Of a DNA stretch of 64,000 nt, positions 55,540-64,000 are shown piece by piece. Origin of the DNA: a virus (Duplodnaviria > Caudoviricetes); IMG/VR virus record IMGVR_UViG_3300014326_000001, positions 1-64,000 of that record, one strand, 5' to 3'. The notes under the pieces were generated by a model. That model was not told the DNA's origin, made no database searches, and saw nothing but the letters and a program-made list of their open reading frames with translations. Position numbers and translations under genes: made by a program. Numbering within the stretch: the stretch's first letter is position 1; each line of letters opens with the position of its first letter.

Positions 55540-58196
55540 TTCTTGGTTGCCGCCTTTGTCGTCGGTTTCTTGGGCTTACTTTTCTCGATACGGATTTTAT
55601 GATCGGCTTCAACCTTGGCCGTTTCCTTGTCTTTCTTCTCCTCGCGGCCAATCATTTCCTTTTCATGTTCGCGGTCAAGGGCATTTTGTTCCGCTTCATG
55701 CTGCTGGGTAGATTGCTCTTGGGCGTACTGAAGCTGCGCACTGGGGTCTGGCTCTGTCGCTTCCGGCTGCTGCGCAGCTTCTTGTTCTAACTGATGCTGT
55801 CCTAATGCCATTGGCGCGGCAGCGGCAGCTTGAACCAATCCAGTTCCACCCGCAATAACCGCTTCCTGCTGAACCGCCCCTTGTATCATTCCTTGGGCGA
55901 GCATCTCAGCGGCAGCGCGCAACGGCATTGGAGCGGCTTGACCGGAATCTTCGGAGAGCCATTGGGCAAACCAATTAGCCTTCTCCTTCAACTGCAATTC
56001 TACCGCACTTATTGGCGGCTGAATCGCTTGAATTATCAATTCCGGCTGTGTAACACCGACTTTTACCGCTTCCTGCATCTGCTTCATTCGCTTCAAGCAA
56101 AGCTCGTTTACAGCGTCGAAATCATCAGTTTCGGTGTCTACGTCAAAATCTTGTTCGATCTGGTTCGCTAACTTCGGATCGGCGGTTCGCAACGCCAAAT
56201 ATCCTTCCGCACCCCCAACCACGTTAAAGAACTGCATTCTGTTCTTCTGCTTGGTGAACGGGCCTTTTGGCATCTCACTGCCCTTAACCACACTGAAAAG
56301 CAGGTCGGCCTTCACATCTGCGCCGGAAAGCTCAATTCCTTGCTGCTTGCCATACTTTCCGCCGAGTTCAAAATAGCGCCTTTGTGGTTGGTGGTCTCGA
56401 AATAGATTGATGGTTATTTCCGCGCCCCGCTTCCGACAATCACCCTTAATTTGGAAGATAGGTTGATTGATCGAATCCGCGTTCCCCTGATCGATTTCTG
56501 CCGCTGTCGCTGTAGTATTACTCGCAGTGATTCCCGGTTCTCCGTTGGCAAAGTCAGAAACCATCGAAGTCTTCTGTGCCATCACGTTCATAAAGTTCTG
56601 GGAGTAGTTAAAGAACTGCGCAGGCATCGCTGTTGGCTGCATTTGGTGGATCGCGTCCGCTAACTTTCGGCCTTCGGGGAGCTTTGTCAGGTCAACCGGA
56701 ATATTAGTTTTCGGCGTCCCGATGTACTTCATCTTGTTTCCGGTCAGGATTTGGTTGTCGTACATCACCGCTGGAGTGTAGGTAGAACTCATGTAAGACG
56801 CGGCTTGATTGTTCAAAGTGTTGAATTGTTTCTGAATTTCAACTGTGTCTGCCAAGCCTCTTCCTGCCCCTGTTTGGGCCTGCATAAACCACGTCCCGCT
56901 AACAATGTGGTCTTTGTGCTTTTCAGGGTACAGGGCAAGGACTACGGCCATGCCGTTCAACCCTACCGCGCACAACCCGTCAGGGAATACGTCAGTTAGT
57001 TTACCCTTGGGAATCGTATCCCCATCCACAGTCTCTTCATCGCCCATGAGGTTGATGTCAGCATAACAATCAGGACTCACCCAAAACTCGTCGAACGTAT
57101 AGTGGTCGCGGTCTTGATCTTCATCGTCCCCGTTGCGCCGATTCCCGTAGGCCGAGAAGCCTCCGAGAGCAGAGCCTTGCTTGCCTAATGCCTCCAAGAC
57201 TTCCAATCCGTAATCATGGTCAACATTCCCTTGAGGGACTAAAACATTGCCCAAAACTCTCGTTATTGCGCCTTTTGGAATCCTCTGGCGGTAGATAAAA
57301 TAGTTGGAATCTTCTGGTCTTTTAGCCAAATCCCACCGACAGGCAGGCATCGGAAGTAACTCACAAACAAGATCGCCTATTTGCTTGCTTTCCTGCCGTG
57401 CCATCGAGTGAATGGAATCTTTGGCTGGGCCTTCCACCATAACTGCCGTAGATTGGCACTGAGGGCACGCTTGCCCCGCTGCCAATGGCCCTTCCCCTCC
57501 CAAGGCGCCCATTTCTGCTTGGTTTGGGGGCATTTCAAACTCACTTGCTTTCCCGCCATACTGACAATCCCCGCAAAAACCGAACCCATCCCCAAAAGTT
57601 ACTTCTTTTTGCTCGAAAATGTCTTGAATTACGGACATTGAGACTTTTGAATCATCGAATCGGTAACGGTCGATATACGTCCCAAACGTCATCCCCATTA
57701 AGCCTTCTTGTTGGGTGAAATAGTGATTATAGAACTGTCTTTCGTAGTAGTTGTTGATCGTGTCGGCAGCTTTGGCGGCGGAAGCGCAAGAGTCGAGATT
57801 TCTTCCCGGTCGGATTAAGATGTCAGGGCTGGAATTCTCCCATTTTCCCAGCAAGTTCGTCTTAATATTGTTCATAATGTTCAACGCACGGCGGTCTGCG
57901 TTGACATTATTTCCACCTATCGGAAGGACTCCCCAAGACCCGTCCACAGGGTTTCTTGCGGGAAACTGCTTCCCGTTCAAGAAAAGGTTGATCAGTTGCC
58001 CAACGTTGATTATTTCTCGAAATATGAGTTTGTCTTTTCGGTGGAAGTGCTGGAATCTTTCCTTGAGGCTGTCCGCAATGCGTGAACTAGGCTTCTTGCC
58101 GCCTTTTTTGAGATCGAGCAGCGGGCGCAATGGCGCAAAATTGGAGGTTGAGGCTATCTGAGACTGAGGCTCAGGAACTTGAATGGCTGCTGACAT
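55536..58196 (-). CDS. Portal protein (large, P22-like)
   Basis: 886 aa in the slot between terL and scaffold; helical with a long C-terminal extension. Confidence 0.8.
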   Translation of the reverse strand: MSAAIQVPEPQSQIASTSNFAPLRPLLDLKKGGKKPSSRIADSLKERFQHFHRKDKLIFREIINVGQLINLFLNGKQFPARNPVDGSWGVLPIGGNNVNADRRALNIMNNIKTNLLGKWENSSPDILIRPGRNLDSCASAAKAADTINNYYERQFYNHYFTQQEGLMGMTFGTYIDRYRFDDSKVSMSVIQDIFEQKEVTFGDGFGFCGDCQYGGKASEFEMPPNQAEMGALGGEGPLAAGQACPQCQSTAVMVEGPAKDSIHSMARQESKQIGDLVCELLPMPACRWDLAKRPEDSNYFIYRQRIPKGAITRVLGNVLVPQGNVDHDYGLEVLEALGKQGSALGGFSAYGNRRNGDDEDQDRDHYTFDEFWVSPDCYADINLMGDEETVDGDTIPKGKLTDVFPDGLCAVGLNGMAVVLALYPEKHKDHIVSGTWFMQAQTGAGRGLADTVEIQKQFNTLNNQAASYMSSTYTPAVMYDNQILTGNKMKYIGTPKTNIPVDLTKLPEGRKLADAIHQMQPTAMPAQFFNYSQNFMNVMAQKTSMVSDFANGEPGITASNTTATAAEIDQGNADSINQPIFQIKGDCRKRGAEITINLFRDHQPQRRYFELGGKYGKQQGIELSGADVKADLLFSVVKGSEMPKGPFTKQKNRMQFFNVVGGAEGYLALRTADPKLANQIEQDFDVDTETDDFDAVNELCLKRMKQMQEAVKVGVTQPELIIQAIQPPISAVELQLKEKANWFAQWLSEDSGQAAPMPLRAAAEMLAQGMIQGAVQQEAVIAGGTGLVQAAAAAPMALGQHQLEQEAAQQPEATEPDPSAQLQYAQEQSTQQHEAEQNALDREHEKEMIGREEKKDKETAKVEADHKIRIEKSKPKKPTTKAATKK

Positions 58197-58205
58197 TAGG
58201 GGGTA

Positions 58206-58637
58206 CTAACCAATCAATTCTTCTTGATCTTGCTCGTAATCGTATGTGACAGACTCACCGCGCATCTCTTTTTCCCAAAGTTCGGTCGCTAGTCGATCTG
58301 CTTCACCTTCAGGCTTTCCTGCTTGGAGATAACAAGTCTTGTAGTACTGAAGCCTCGCGGCGTCTACTTCTTCCGGCTCACGAACGAACCCTTTTGGATG
58401 CGGGGAAACTTCAACTTTTACAGGGGTCTCGTTCAGACCATACCCACCATGCTTCGTAATCACCCGTGAAGCCATTTGTAGCGTCATCCAGTCCTTAGAC
58501 TGTCTCTCTGACGCTACTATATCGTCCAGCCGCTTTCTTTCTTCAGCTAGTCGATCTTCGGCGGTTGTCGCACGTTGGAGAGCCGCCGCAAGCGCGGCCT
58601 CCATGCGAGCATATTCTGCGGCACTAACCCAAGGCAT
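58206..58637 (-). CDS. Hypothetical coiled-coil protein
   Basis: 143 aa, coupled. Confidence 0.65.
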   Translation of the reverse strand: MPWVSAAEYARMEAALAAALQRATTAEDRLAEERKRLDDIVASERQSKDWMTLQMASRVITKHGGYGLNETPVKVEVSPHPKGFVREPEEVDAARLQYYKTCYLQAGKPEGEADRLATELWEKEMRGESVTYDYEQDQEELIG

Positions 58638-58990
58638 TATTCCGGTGGCTGGCTTCCGCCTCCGATAGTGGCCGAGTTCGCGTAGGTTAAATCGATCAAA
58701 CCCGTGGTCGTGGTCAACGACGCGAGCCTAGCGTCCGTCAACTCACCGCTGTACAACCCAAGCAAAATGCCCAGATTGATACGAGGTGCAGCAAATCGCT
58801 CGTCCACATGGCGAACACTCGCAGCGGTCAACACCGCCTCTCGGAGCGCGACATTGGTATTTGATGCCGCCACGTTTGTGTTCGTAAGGAACGGGTAATA
58901 GCCGTAGGCCGCAATTCCTTGTTTGCAAGCGGCTCCGATTTGCGACTTGGAAAGTTGTTGCGCATCAAAATGAAGACCAGCTAAAGGCAT
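58637..58990 (-). CDS. Hypothetical protein
   Basis: AAGGAG RBS. Confidence 0.65.
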   Translation of the reverse strand: MPLAGLHFDAQQLSKSQIGAACKQGIAAYGYYPFLTNTNVAASNTNVALREAVLTAASVRHVDERFAAPRINLGILLGLYSGELTDARLASLTTTTGLIDLTYANSATIGGGSQPPE

Positions 58991-59021
58991 TTGTGTTCTC
59001 CTTGCTTACAGGTGCTTATTT

Positions 59022-59495
59022 TTACGCAGCCTCTGCGGCTGTTTTTACTTTTTCTTCGTCCTGTTTTCGCTTAATCTGGACGACTTCTCTTTCAAAACGG
59101 GCGAATAAAGTATCTCCGACGCTAGGTTGAGCGCCCCTATAGATCGTTTCGGCGCTATTGATTAACTCACGACGGAACTGCACATCTGCGTCGGCAAAGG
59201 CAACGTCGCCGCCCTTAATGTTACGAACTTTGTTGTAGGCTTCCACTGCTGCTACCGCACATCCCTCAATCGGGCTGTGGGCGATACTGACCTCAACTGT
59301 TCTAGCGGGAACATCTACAGACATTACTGCGTGGCCTTCTTTTTCTTCTACCTTAACCGGAGGGGCTTCTTTGGCCTTGGGTTTCGCAGGTGGCTTGGTA
59401 GAGTGAACCGCAGGCGGTGTATGGGCGTGCGGCGGCTCTGGCTTCTCAGGCGCTTTTGCTTTTGGGTCTGGCTTTTCGTTAGGGTTATTCGGCAT
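59022..59495 (-). CDS. Pro/Lys-rich hypothetical protein
   Basis: AAGGAG RBS, low-complexity N-terminus. Confidence 0.65.
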   Translation of the reverse strand: MPNNPNEKPDPKAKAPEKPEPPHAHTPPAVHSTKPPAKPKAKEAPPVKVEEKEGHAVMSVDVPARTVEVSIAHSPIEGCAVAAVEAYNKVRNIKGGDVAFADADVQFRRELINSAETIYRGAQPSVGDTLFARFEREVVQIKRKQDEEKVKTAAEAA

Positions 59496-59920
59496 TTAAC
59501 TCTCCTTTGGCGGTCTTGATTGCAAATCTTGGCACGGGGGCAGTAATTCGCATCGTGTAAATGTTCGGATCGTTTGTCGGTATCAATTCTTGCGTTATAA
59601 CCTCTTCGTCAGATTGCAAGCGCACGACTTTTGACGGATCAAGGAAATAAATGCGATCCATTTCGCCTATGGCGTCGTCGTTAATGATTGTATTCATGGC
59701 TTTCGATCAGGTCGCGGATACGCTACACGATGGCGGCGCGGGAAATAATCGTTTAATCTCTCTTGAATTCGGTATGGGACTTCCCCTGTTTCTTCTTTCA
59801 GGTCTGAAACTGTTTCTTTTACATCTGTAAAAATCCGGCGCGGGAGACTTGTTACACGTCTCCATCTTTCAGGGCTGTAATCAGGATCGTCCTCTTCCTC
59901 GCGCTTTTTCTCTTCAGGTT

Positions 59921-60196
59921 TCATTTGGGTCGAGTTGGCTTCGGGAAAGAGACTTTGTGGCGTTTTACCTTGTTCGGCAAGCCTTTAGGCGACTGACCGC
60001 GAGTGAATTCAGCGGCTTCAGATGTAGAAAGTCCCGACTTTTTGATTGCGCCACTTTGAACGCCCTTCATAAATCGAAATTGAGCCTTTGAGGTCGCGGG
60101 CATACCTTGCTCCATCTGCGCCGACATCGGACGTGGAAAACCTTGCGCGGGTTGTCGTTTCATGTCAGTTACATTGCTTATCTCTACAATCGCCAT
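59921..60196 (-). CDS. Small basic hypothetical protein
   Basis: 91 aa, coupled string. Confidence 0.55.
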   Translation of the reverse strand: MAIVEISNVTDMKRQPAQGFPRPMSAQMEQGMPATSKAQFRFMKGVQSGAIKKSGLSTSEAAEFTRGQSPKGLPNKVKRHKVSFPKPTRPK

Positions 60197-60233
60197 AAGT
60201 TATACACGGTTTTCTTAGCTTGCTCAATGAAAT

Positions 60234-60479
60234 TTAATTCAAGACCGCTGCTTGATTCTGATCGAAGCCTCGTTTCAATGCCCTTAGATCGTCAACGAGG
60301 GCTATTGTCGCGTTGTGTCGAATGCACCAAACTTGAATCTTGCCATCTTCAGTGACTCCCGCTTGAACCCAAGAATACTCTTCTGGCGACATTTCATCAG
60401 GCAGTTCGTCTTGACAGAACCCGCAGTTCATATAGCCAACGATGCTGTTTGGAATTGAGGCCGTAAATTGATTAGGCAT
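60234..60479 (-). CDS. Small Cys-containing hypothetical protein
   Basis: CGFC...WCIRH. Confidence 0.6.
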   Translation of the reverse strand: MPNQFTASIPNSIVGYMNCGFCQDELPDEMSPEEYSWVQAGVTEDGKIQVWCIRHNATIALVDDLRALKRGFDQNQAAVLN

Positions 60480-61045
60480 TACTTGATAAACTTCCTGCGT
60501 TTACCTGACCGAATCTCGGAAATCGTGGACGCGCTAACGTTATACCTCTCGCTCAAAACGCGTCCCGATCCGGGAGTTCGTGGCGTTGTGCGAATAACTT
60601 TAACCGCCTCAACGTCTACCTTGTGGGAAGCAAGATTGCTATATAAATGCGAATGAATCATGTTGTCTCTTCTGGTAGTCCATTCCAAGTTAGCGGCTCG
60701 GCAGTCGTGACGTACAGCGTTTTTATGTCCCACTTCAGGATGGTTTTCAGGATTAGCGATAAAGGCTTTGGCGACTAGGCGATGAACCCGCAGGTGAAAT
60801 GCTTTCCCGTTGCGCCGAAGCTCCACCTTAGAATATCCATTGGTCGCCACGCCGCCTGTAATCTGCTTGATTACGGGCGTAGTACCCAACATCCAATTCC
60901 GCCCCATTCCTGAATTCTTAGGGTGAGTCCAATAGGTGCGTACACGGCCAAGGCTACTAATATCGTAACCTGAAAAGCCCTCTATCGGCTTCCATGTTTC
61001 TACTTCGGTTTTCTGGAATTCTGAGAGTAAAATCAGTGCAGTCAT
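60479..61045 (-). mobile_element. NUMOD4-HNH homing endonuclease downstream of terL
   Basis: ETWKPIEGFSGYDISSLGRVR and VHRLVAKAFI.NP...GHKNAVRHDCRAANLEW. Confidence 0.9.
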
Positions 61046-61054
61046 ACCTTTATT

Positions 61055-62875
61055 TTACCACATACCTGCGTATTCCTGATCGCCTTGATCTTGCCCTATC
61101 GGATTTCCCGACTCATCAAAAGTAACCATCATGTTTACTTGAATCTTGGCCTTGGCTTGGGCTTGCTGATAGTTAAAACTCATCTCAGCCGCCGCGCTTT
61201 TGAATCCACCCGTAGCGGTCATAAGATTCTCAAGACGGTACTTCTCTGGAATTGCTCGCTCGATTTGCTCTTTCTCCGTCAGTTCTTTTGCCAACGGGAA
61301 ATAATCTGCCGCACCCGCTCTTACGGTGTCGATTGCATCGTTGAAAAGGGCGTAGGGGACAAGCGTGGCGGGGGCTTCACCGGATTTCGGCATCGCCCAA
61401 TGGTACGCTGGAATTTCTGCTCTATGTCTCGCTAATCCCGCGTCCGTGGTAGGTACTACCAGCTCATCATCGTCAACCACGAGATAGAGCCTTGGAGAGC
61501 CTTTTAGGTGCGGTCTAAACGGGTGCTGCTTGTCCTTGCTGATAATCTCCAATGCGTTTCTAAGCTGCGCGATCCCCCTTGTTTTCCCTGTCGCCCATGC
61601 GTCAAACGGAATGCCGTGCTCTCTGCGGTATGCCAGTCTCTCGGAACTCGCTTCGTGGCTCATTCGCCATCGACTAACACGCTCTTTTTCTCGTCGCGGC
61701 AACATAACTCGATTGATTTCTTCTGCTATCTGCCGAGGTGTCCAGTCCGTCACAGTCAGCCCTCGATACAGAAACACTGAGCCGCTTAATGGGGCGTTTT
61801 TTGGCGCGGTCGCAAACCAACTAGTCACGCAAGGGTGCTCGTTCGTTGTTCCTGCATCCTGATACACACTCAGCAACCAATGCGTGGGAATTCTCGGCTC
61901 ACCAAATACTTTCTGGAACTCAGACCATGAAATAACGTGGTACTTCTCATCCCACATCGAGAGAATGTCGCCACGTTCTGAGATTAACCAGTCGCCACGT
62001 AGAAGCTGTTCGCGGGTTATCGGATCAAGTTCATTCAGGAACTCTTCGTACTGCTCGCGGTCAAGGTGGGGGTTGTCTTGGAGTTTTGCGGGAATGAAAG
62101 CTCGTTTGAATGCGCGGCCTGAATCGTCTTCACCCTCTTTCCACCAAACCTTCGCTTCTGTTGCGTCGTTAGGCGTGAACTTTTCAGGAATGAATCGCTT
62201 GTAAACCCATCTTGCGCCAACGCCTCCGGGGTTCGACGCTGATCGCATTCGTAGCGGTACATCACTGGTCGCTAAACGTCGCAGACGAGAGAAGAGATAA
62301 AGGTATTGGCTTTCGGTGAATTGTGAGAGTTCATCAAATCCGATGAATTGAAATTCTGCGCCCTGAAACTGGTATTTATCGTTCTCGGTGTCGAGATAGC
62401 CAAACGTCAGACAGGCTCCACTCGGAAACTGCCATTGCTTCTTCTGTTCGTTCCACTTGGCGGCAGTTCCGCGCAACCACCCAGCCGCCCTATCCATCAA
62501 TGCTCCCGGCTTGGAAAGGTCAGCATACGTGCGACGAAGCAAGAGAGCGGAATATCCCGGCGTGTTAGCGTGCTCCAACGCGGCCATGAGCAAGCATGAC
62601 GACTTACCGCCGCCTGCCGCGCCGCCATAAAACGCTTCCCGAATATCGTTAAGCCCAAGAAATAGAGCTTGGCGTTCAGTAGGTTCTTGTGGGCTCCATT
62701 TTTGCTTTGCCCCTAGTTCCTTGGCAAGAAGTTGACGAACCGCCTTGCGCTCGGCCTTCTTCCCCGCAAAGAGTAGTTTATGCAGATTCTCCTGCATGAA
62801 CTTCTTGCCATCTTCTGGACTCATTAGAGCCGCTTGAGATGCAAGCTGTTCTGATAGAGTTTCTACAAGTCCCAT
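61055..62875 (-). CDS. terL: Terminase large subunit (Terminase_6-type)
   Basis: GGAAGGGKS Walker A, FIGFDELSQF Walker B, RSASNPGG coupling motif, C-terminal nuclease acidic residues. Confidence 0.93.
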   Translation of the reverse strand: MGLVETLSEQLASQAALMSPEDGKKFMQENLHKLLFAGKKAERKAVRQLLAKELGAKQKWSPQEPTERQALFLGLNDIREAFYGGAAGGGKSSCLLMAALEHANTPGYSALLLRRTYADLSKPGALMDRAAGWLRGTAAKWNEQKKQWQFPSGACLTFGYLDTENDKYQFQGAEFQFIGFDELSQFTESQYLYLFSRLRRLATSDVPLRMRSASNPGGVGARWVYKRFIPEKFTPNDATEAKVWWKEGEDDSGRAFKRAFIPAKLQDNPHLDREQYEEFLNELDPITREQLLRGDWLISERGDILSMWDEKYHVISWSEFQKVFGEPRIPTHWLLSVYQDAGTTNEHPCVTSWFATAPKNAPLSGSVFLYRGLTVTDWTPRQIAEEINRVMLPRREKERVSRWRMSHEASSERLAYRREHGIPFDAWATGKTRGIAQLRNALEIISKDKQHPFRPHLKGSPRLYLVVDDDELVVPTTDAGLARHRAEIPAYHWAMPKSGEAPATLVPYALFNDAIDTVRAGAADYFPLAKELTEKEQIERAIPEKYRLENLMTATGGFKSAAAEMSFNYQQAQAKAKIQVNMMVTFDESGNPIGQDQGDQEYAGMW

Positions 62876-63109
62876 TTAACCCTTTCCTTCAACTCCTCCA
62901 GATAATGCGCCTTTTATTGCATCACCTTGCGCTCCAAATCGCTTCCGGCCTAGCAAGAGTGCGCCGATACCGCCTAACTGTCCCCCAGTGTCAGGTTCTT
63001 CCATTTGCGGAACTGCCATTTGCATTGGAGTAGGTGGGCTGAAGTTAGCCTGAAGAGGTTCAGGTGGTGCGAGTGAGATGTTTGCGTATGCTGGTTTTCT
63101 GTTTATCAT
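62876..63109 (-). CDS. Small Pro/Gly-rich protein (possible internal virion protein)
   Basis: 77 aa; stop abuts the terL start. Confidence 0.5.
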   Translation of the reverse strand: MINRKPAYANISLAPPEPLQANFSPPTPMQMAVPQMEEPDTGGQLGGIGALLLGRKRFGAQGDAIKGALSGGVEGKG

Positions 63110-63262
63110 TTTGTTTCTCTAATTCCGCCTCGATCTTGGTTTCTAGTTGAAGCATTGTAAGCGGCAGCGGATTGCCGTTGTCGAATTCTTTTTGACAAAG
63201 CATCCAACGCTGAATCCAATCAGGATTTTCTTCCGCAAATACTTCTAATGCATTTCTCTCGC

Positions 63263-64000
63263 TCATTGGAACACGTACCCCGTTTTCTCGCGGGACTTCC
63301 TTTCTGTTCGTTGCTGTCTCTCTTGTCGTTCAACTCTTGGAAGTGTCCCGCGCTGCATTCCTAACGCCTCAAATCTCTTCCTTACTTCGTCCTGTTGATC
63401 AGGAGGCATGGTATCTATCAGCGCGGATTTCTTCTGAAGCATATCTTTTAATTCTGCTTTCTGTTCAGGGGTAGCCACAGAATAAACTATCACTGCTTCT
63501 CTTGCTCCGAGTCGGTTGAAATCCTCCTGAAGTCGAGTCTTATTTCTCGCTGCCAGAATTCCTTTAGCTTGACGTTCAGTTATCTTTGCTCCCATTGCGG
63601 CTATGTCTGCTGATACATCTTCACCTTTACGTGAACGGGCGCGTAGCTGAGATTTCTGCCTGTCTGTTTCAATTTGTTCTTCCTCTCGGCCTTGCCGGGG
63701 AGGCATTGATTCTCGGACAAACTTGCGCGACATTTTTTCGGCCAACGTAGTTGGTTTTTCTGCTGCTTCGGGATAACTCCCCGTGCCAATCCCTACGAAC
63801 GTTGGAAGAGACTTTAATCCACCTACGATTCCGCCCTGCTTTAATCCTTCATACACGTCCTTAGCAGGTAGCGGGGTAATCAAGTCCTTGGCTTCCCGTG
63901 CGTAACTAAATTTCCTCCCCGCAAAATCTTCTCCCGCAATTCGATCAACAACTGGAGCTACGGCAGGGTTCAGTTTCGAGCGTGCAAACTTCTTGGTCAT
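63263..64000 (-). CDS. C-terminal part of a large protein (ejection/internal virion protein-like), start outside the window
   Basis: Frame open to the window edge; SKLNP...GEDFAG...GIG..SY resembles C-termini of large internal virion proteins. Confidence 0.55.
   Translation of the reverse strand: MTKKFARSKLNPAVAPVVDRIAGEDFAGRKFSYAREAKDLITPLPAKDVYEGLKQGGIVGGLKSLPTFVGIGTGSYPEAAEKPTTLAEKMSRKFVRESMPPRQGREEEQIETDRQKSQLRARSRKGEDVSADIAAMGAKITERQAKGILAARNKTRLQEDFNRLGAREAVIVYSVATPEQKAELKDMLQKKSALIDTMPPDQQDEVRKRFEALGMQRGTLPRVERQERQQRTERKSREKTGYVFQ

Noticed and set aside
1-64000. tRNA/tmRNA genes, integrase, CI repressor
   Set aside because: No cloverleaf with a GTTCRA T-loop in context, no tyrosine or serine recombinase motifs, and no HTH-peptidase S24 protein found by eye; they may lie outside the window
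1-64000. Host assignment
   Set aside because: The lipoprotein and spanin-like genes hint at a diderm host, but nothing in the window identifies a taxon without database searches

Overview
The whole 64 kb reads as most of one tailed dsDNA phage or prophage genome with a short-tailed, P22-like morphogenesis layout. The host cannot be assigned from sequence alone. A + strand arm (about 3.9-27.7 kb) carries early and accessory genes, recombination genes (Cas4-like PD-(D/E)XK nuclease, SSB-like, UvsY-like, RusA-like) and replication genes (lambda-O-like initiator with iterons, primase-helicase, beta clamp). A - strand arm (64.0 to 27.75 kb) carries TerL, portal, scaffold, capsid, neck and tail, a tailspike and lysis-type membrane genes. 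TerS and a frameshifted RNase HI lie on the - strand at the left end. I saw no integrase, CI-type repressor, endolysin, tRNA, CRISPR array or reverse transcriptase. There are five HNH homing endonucleases. Most interesting: (1) a family of at least 7 dispersed 60-75 bp structured elements (YCAAC...GAA hairpin...CCTAGCCCGA...GGTT) at accessory-gene junctions, in both orientations, including an inverted doublet and in-frame read-through remnants; (2) a glycosyltransferase, acyltransferase, PP-loop enzyme and Ser/Thr-rich decoration protein translationally coupled to the tailspike, a candidate virion glyco-decoration system; (3) a stand-alone FixL-like PAS protein coupled to a holin-like gene; (4) four apparent +1 frame breaks at short homopolymer runs, which may be assembly errors. 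All family calls come from motif recognition by eye; no searches were run.
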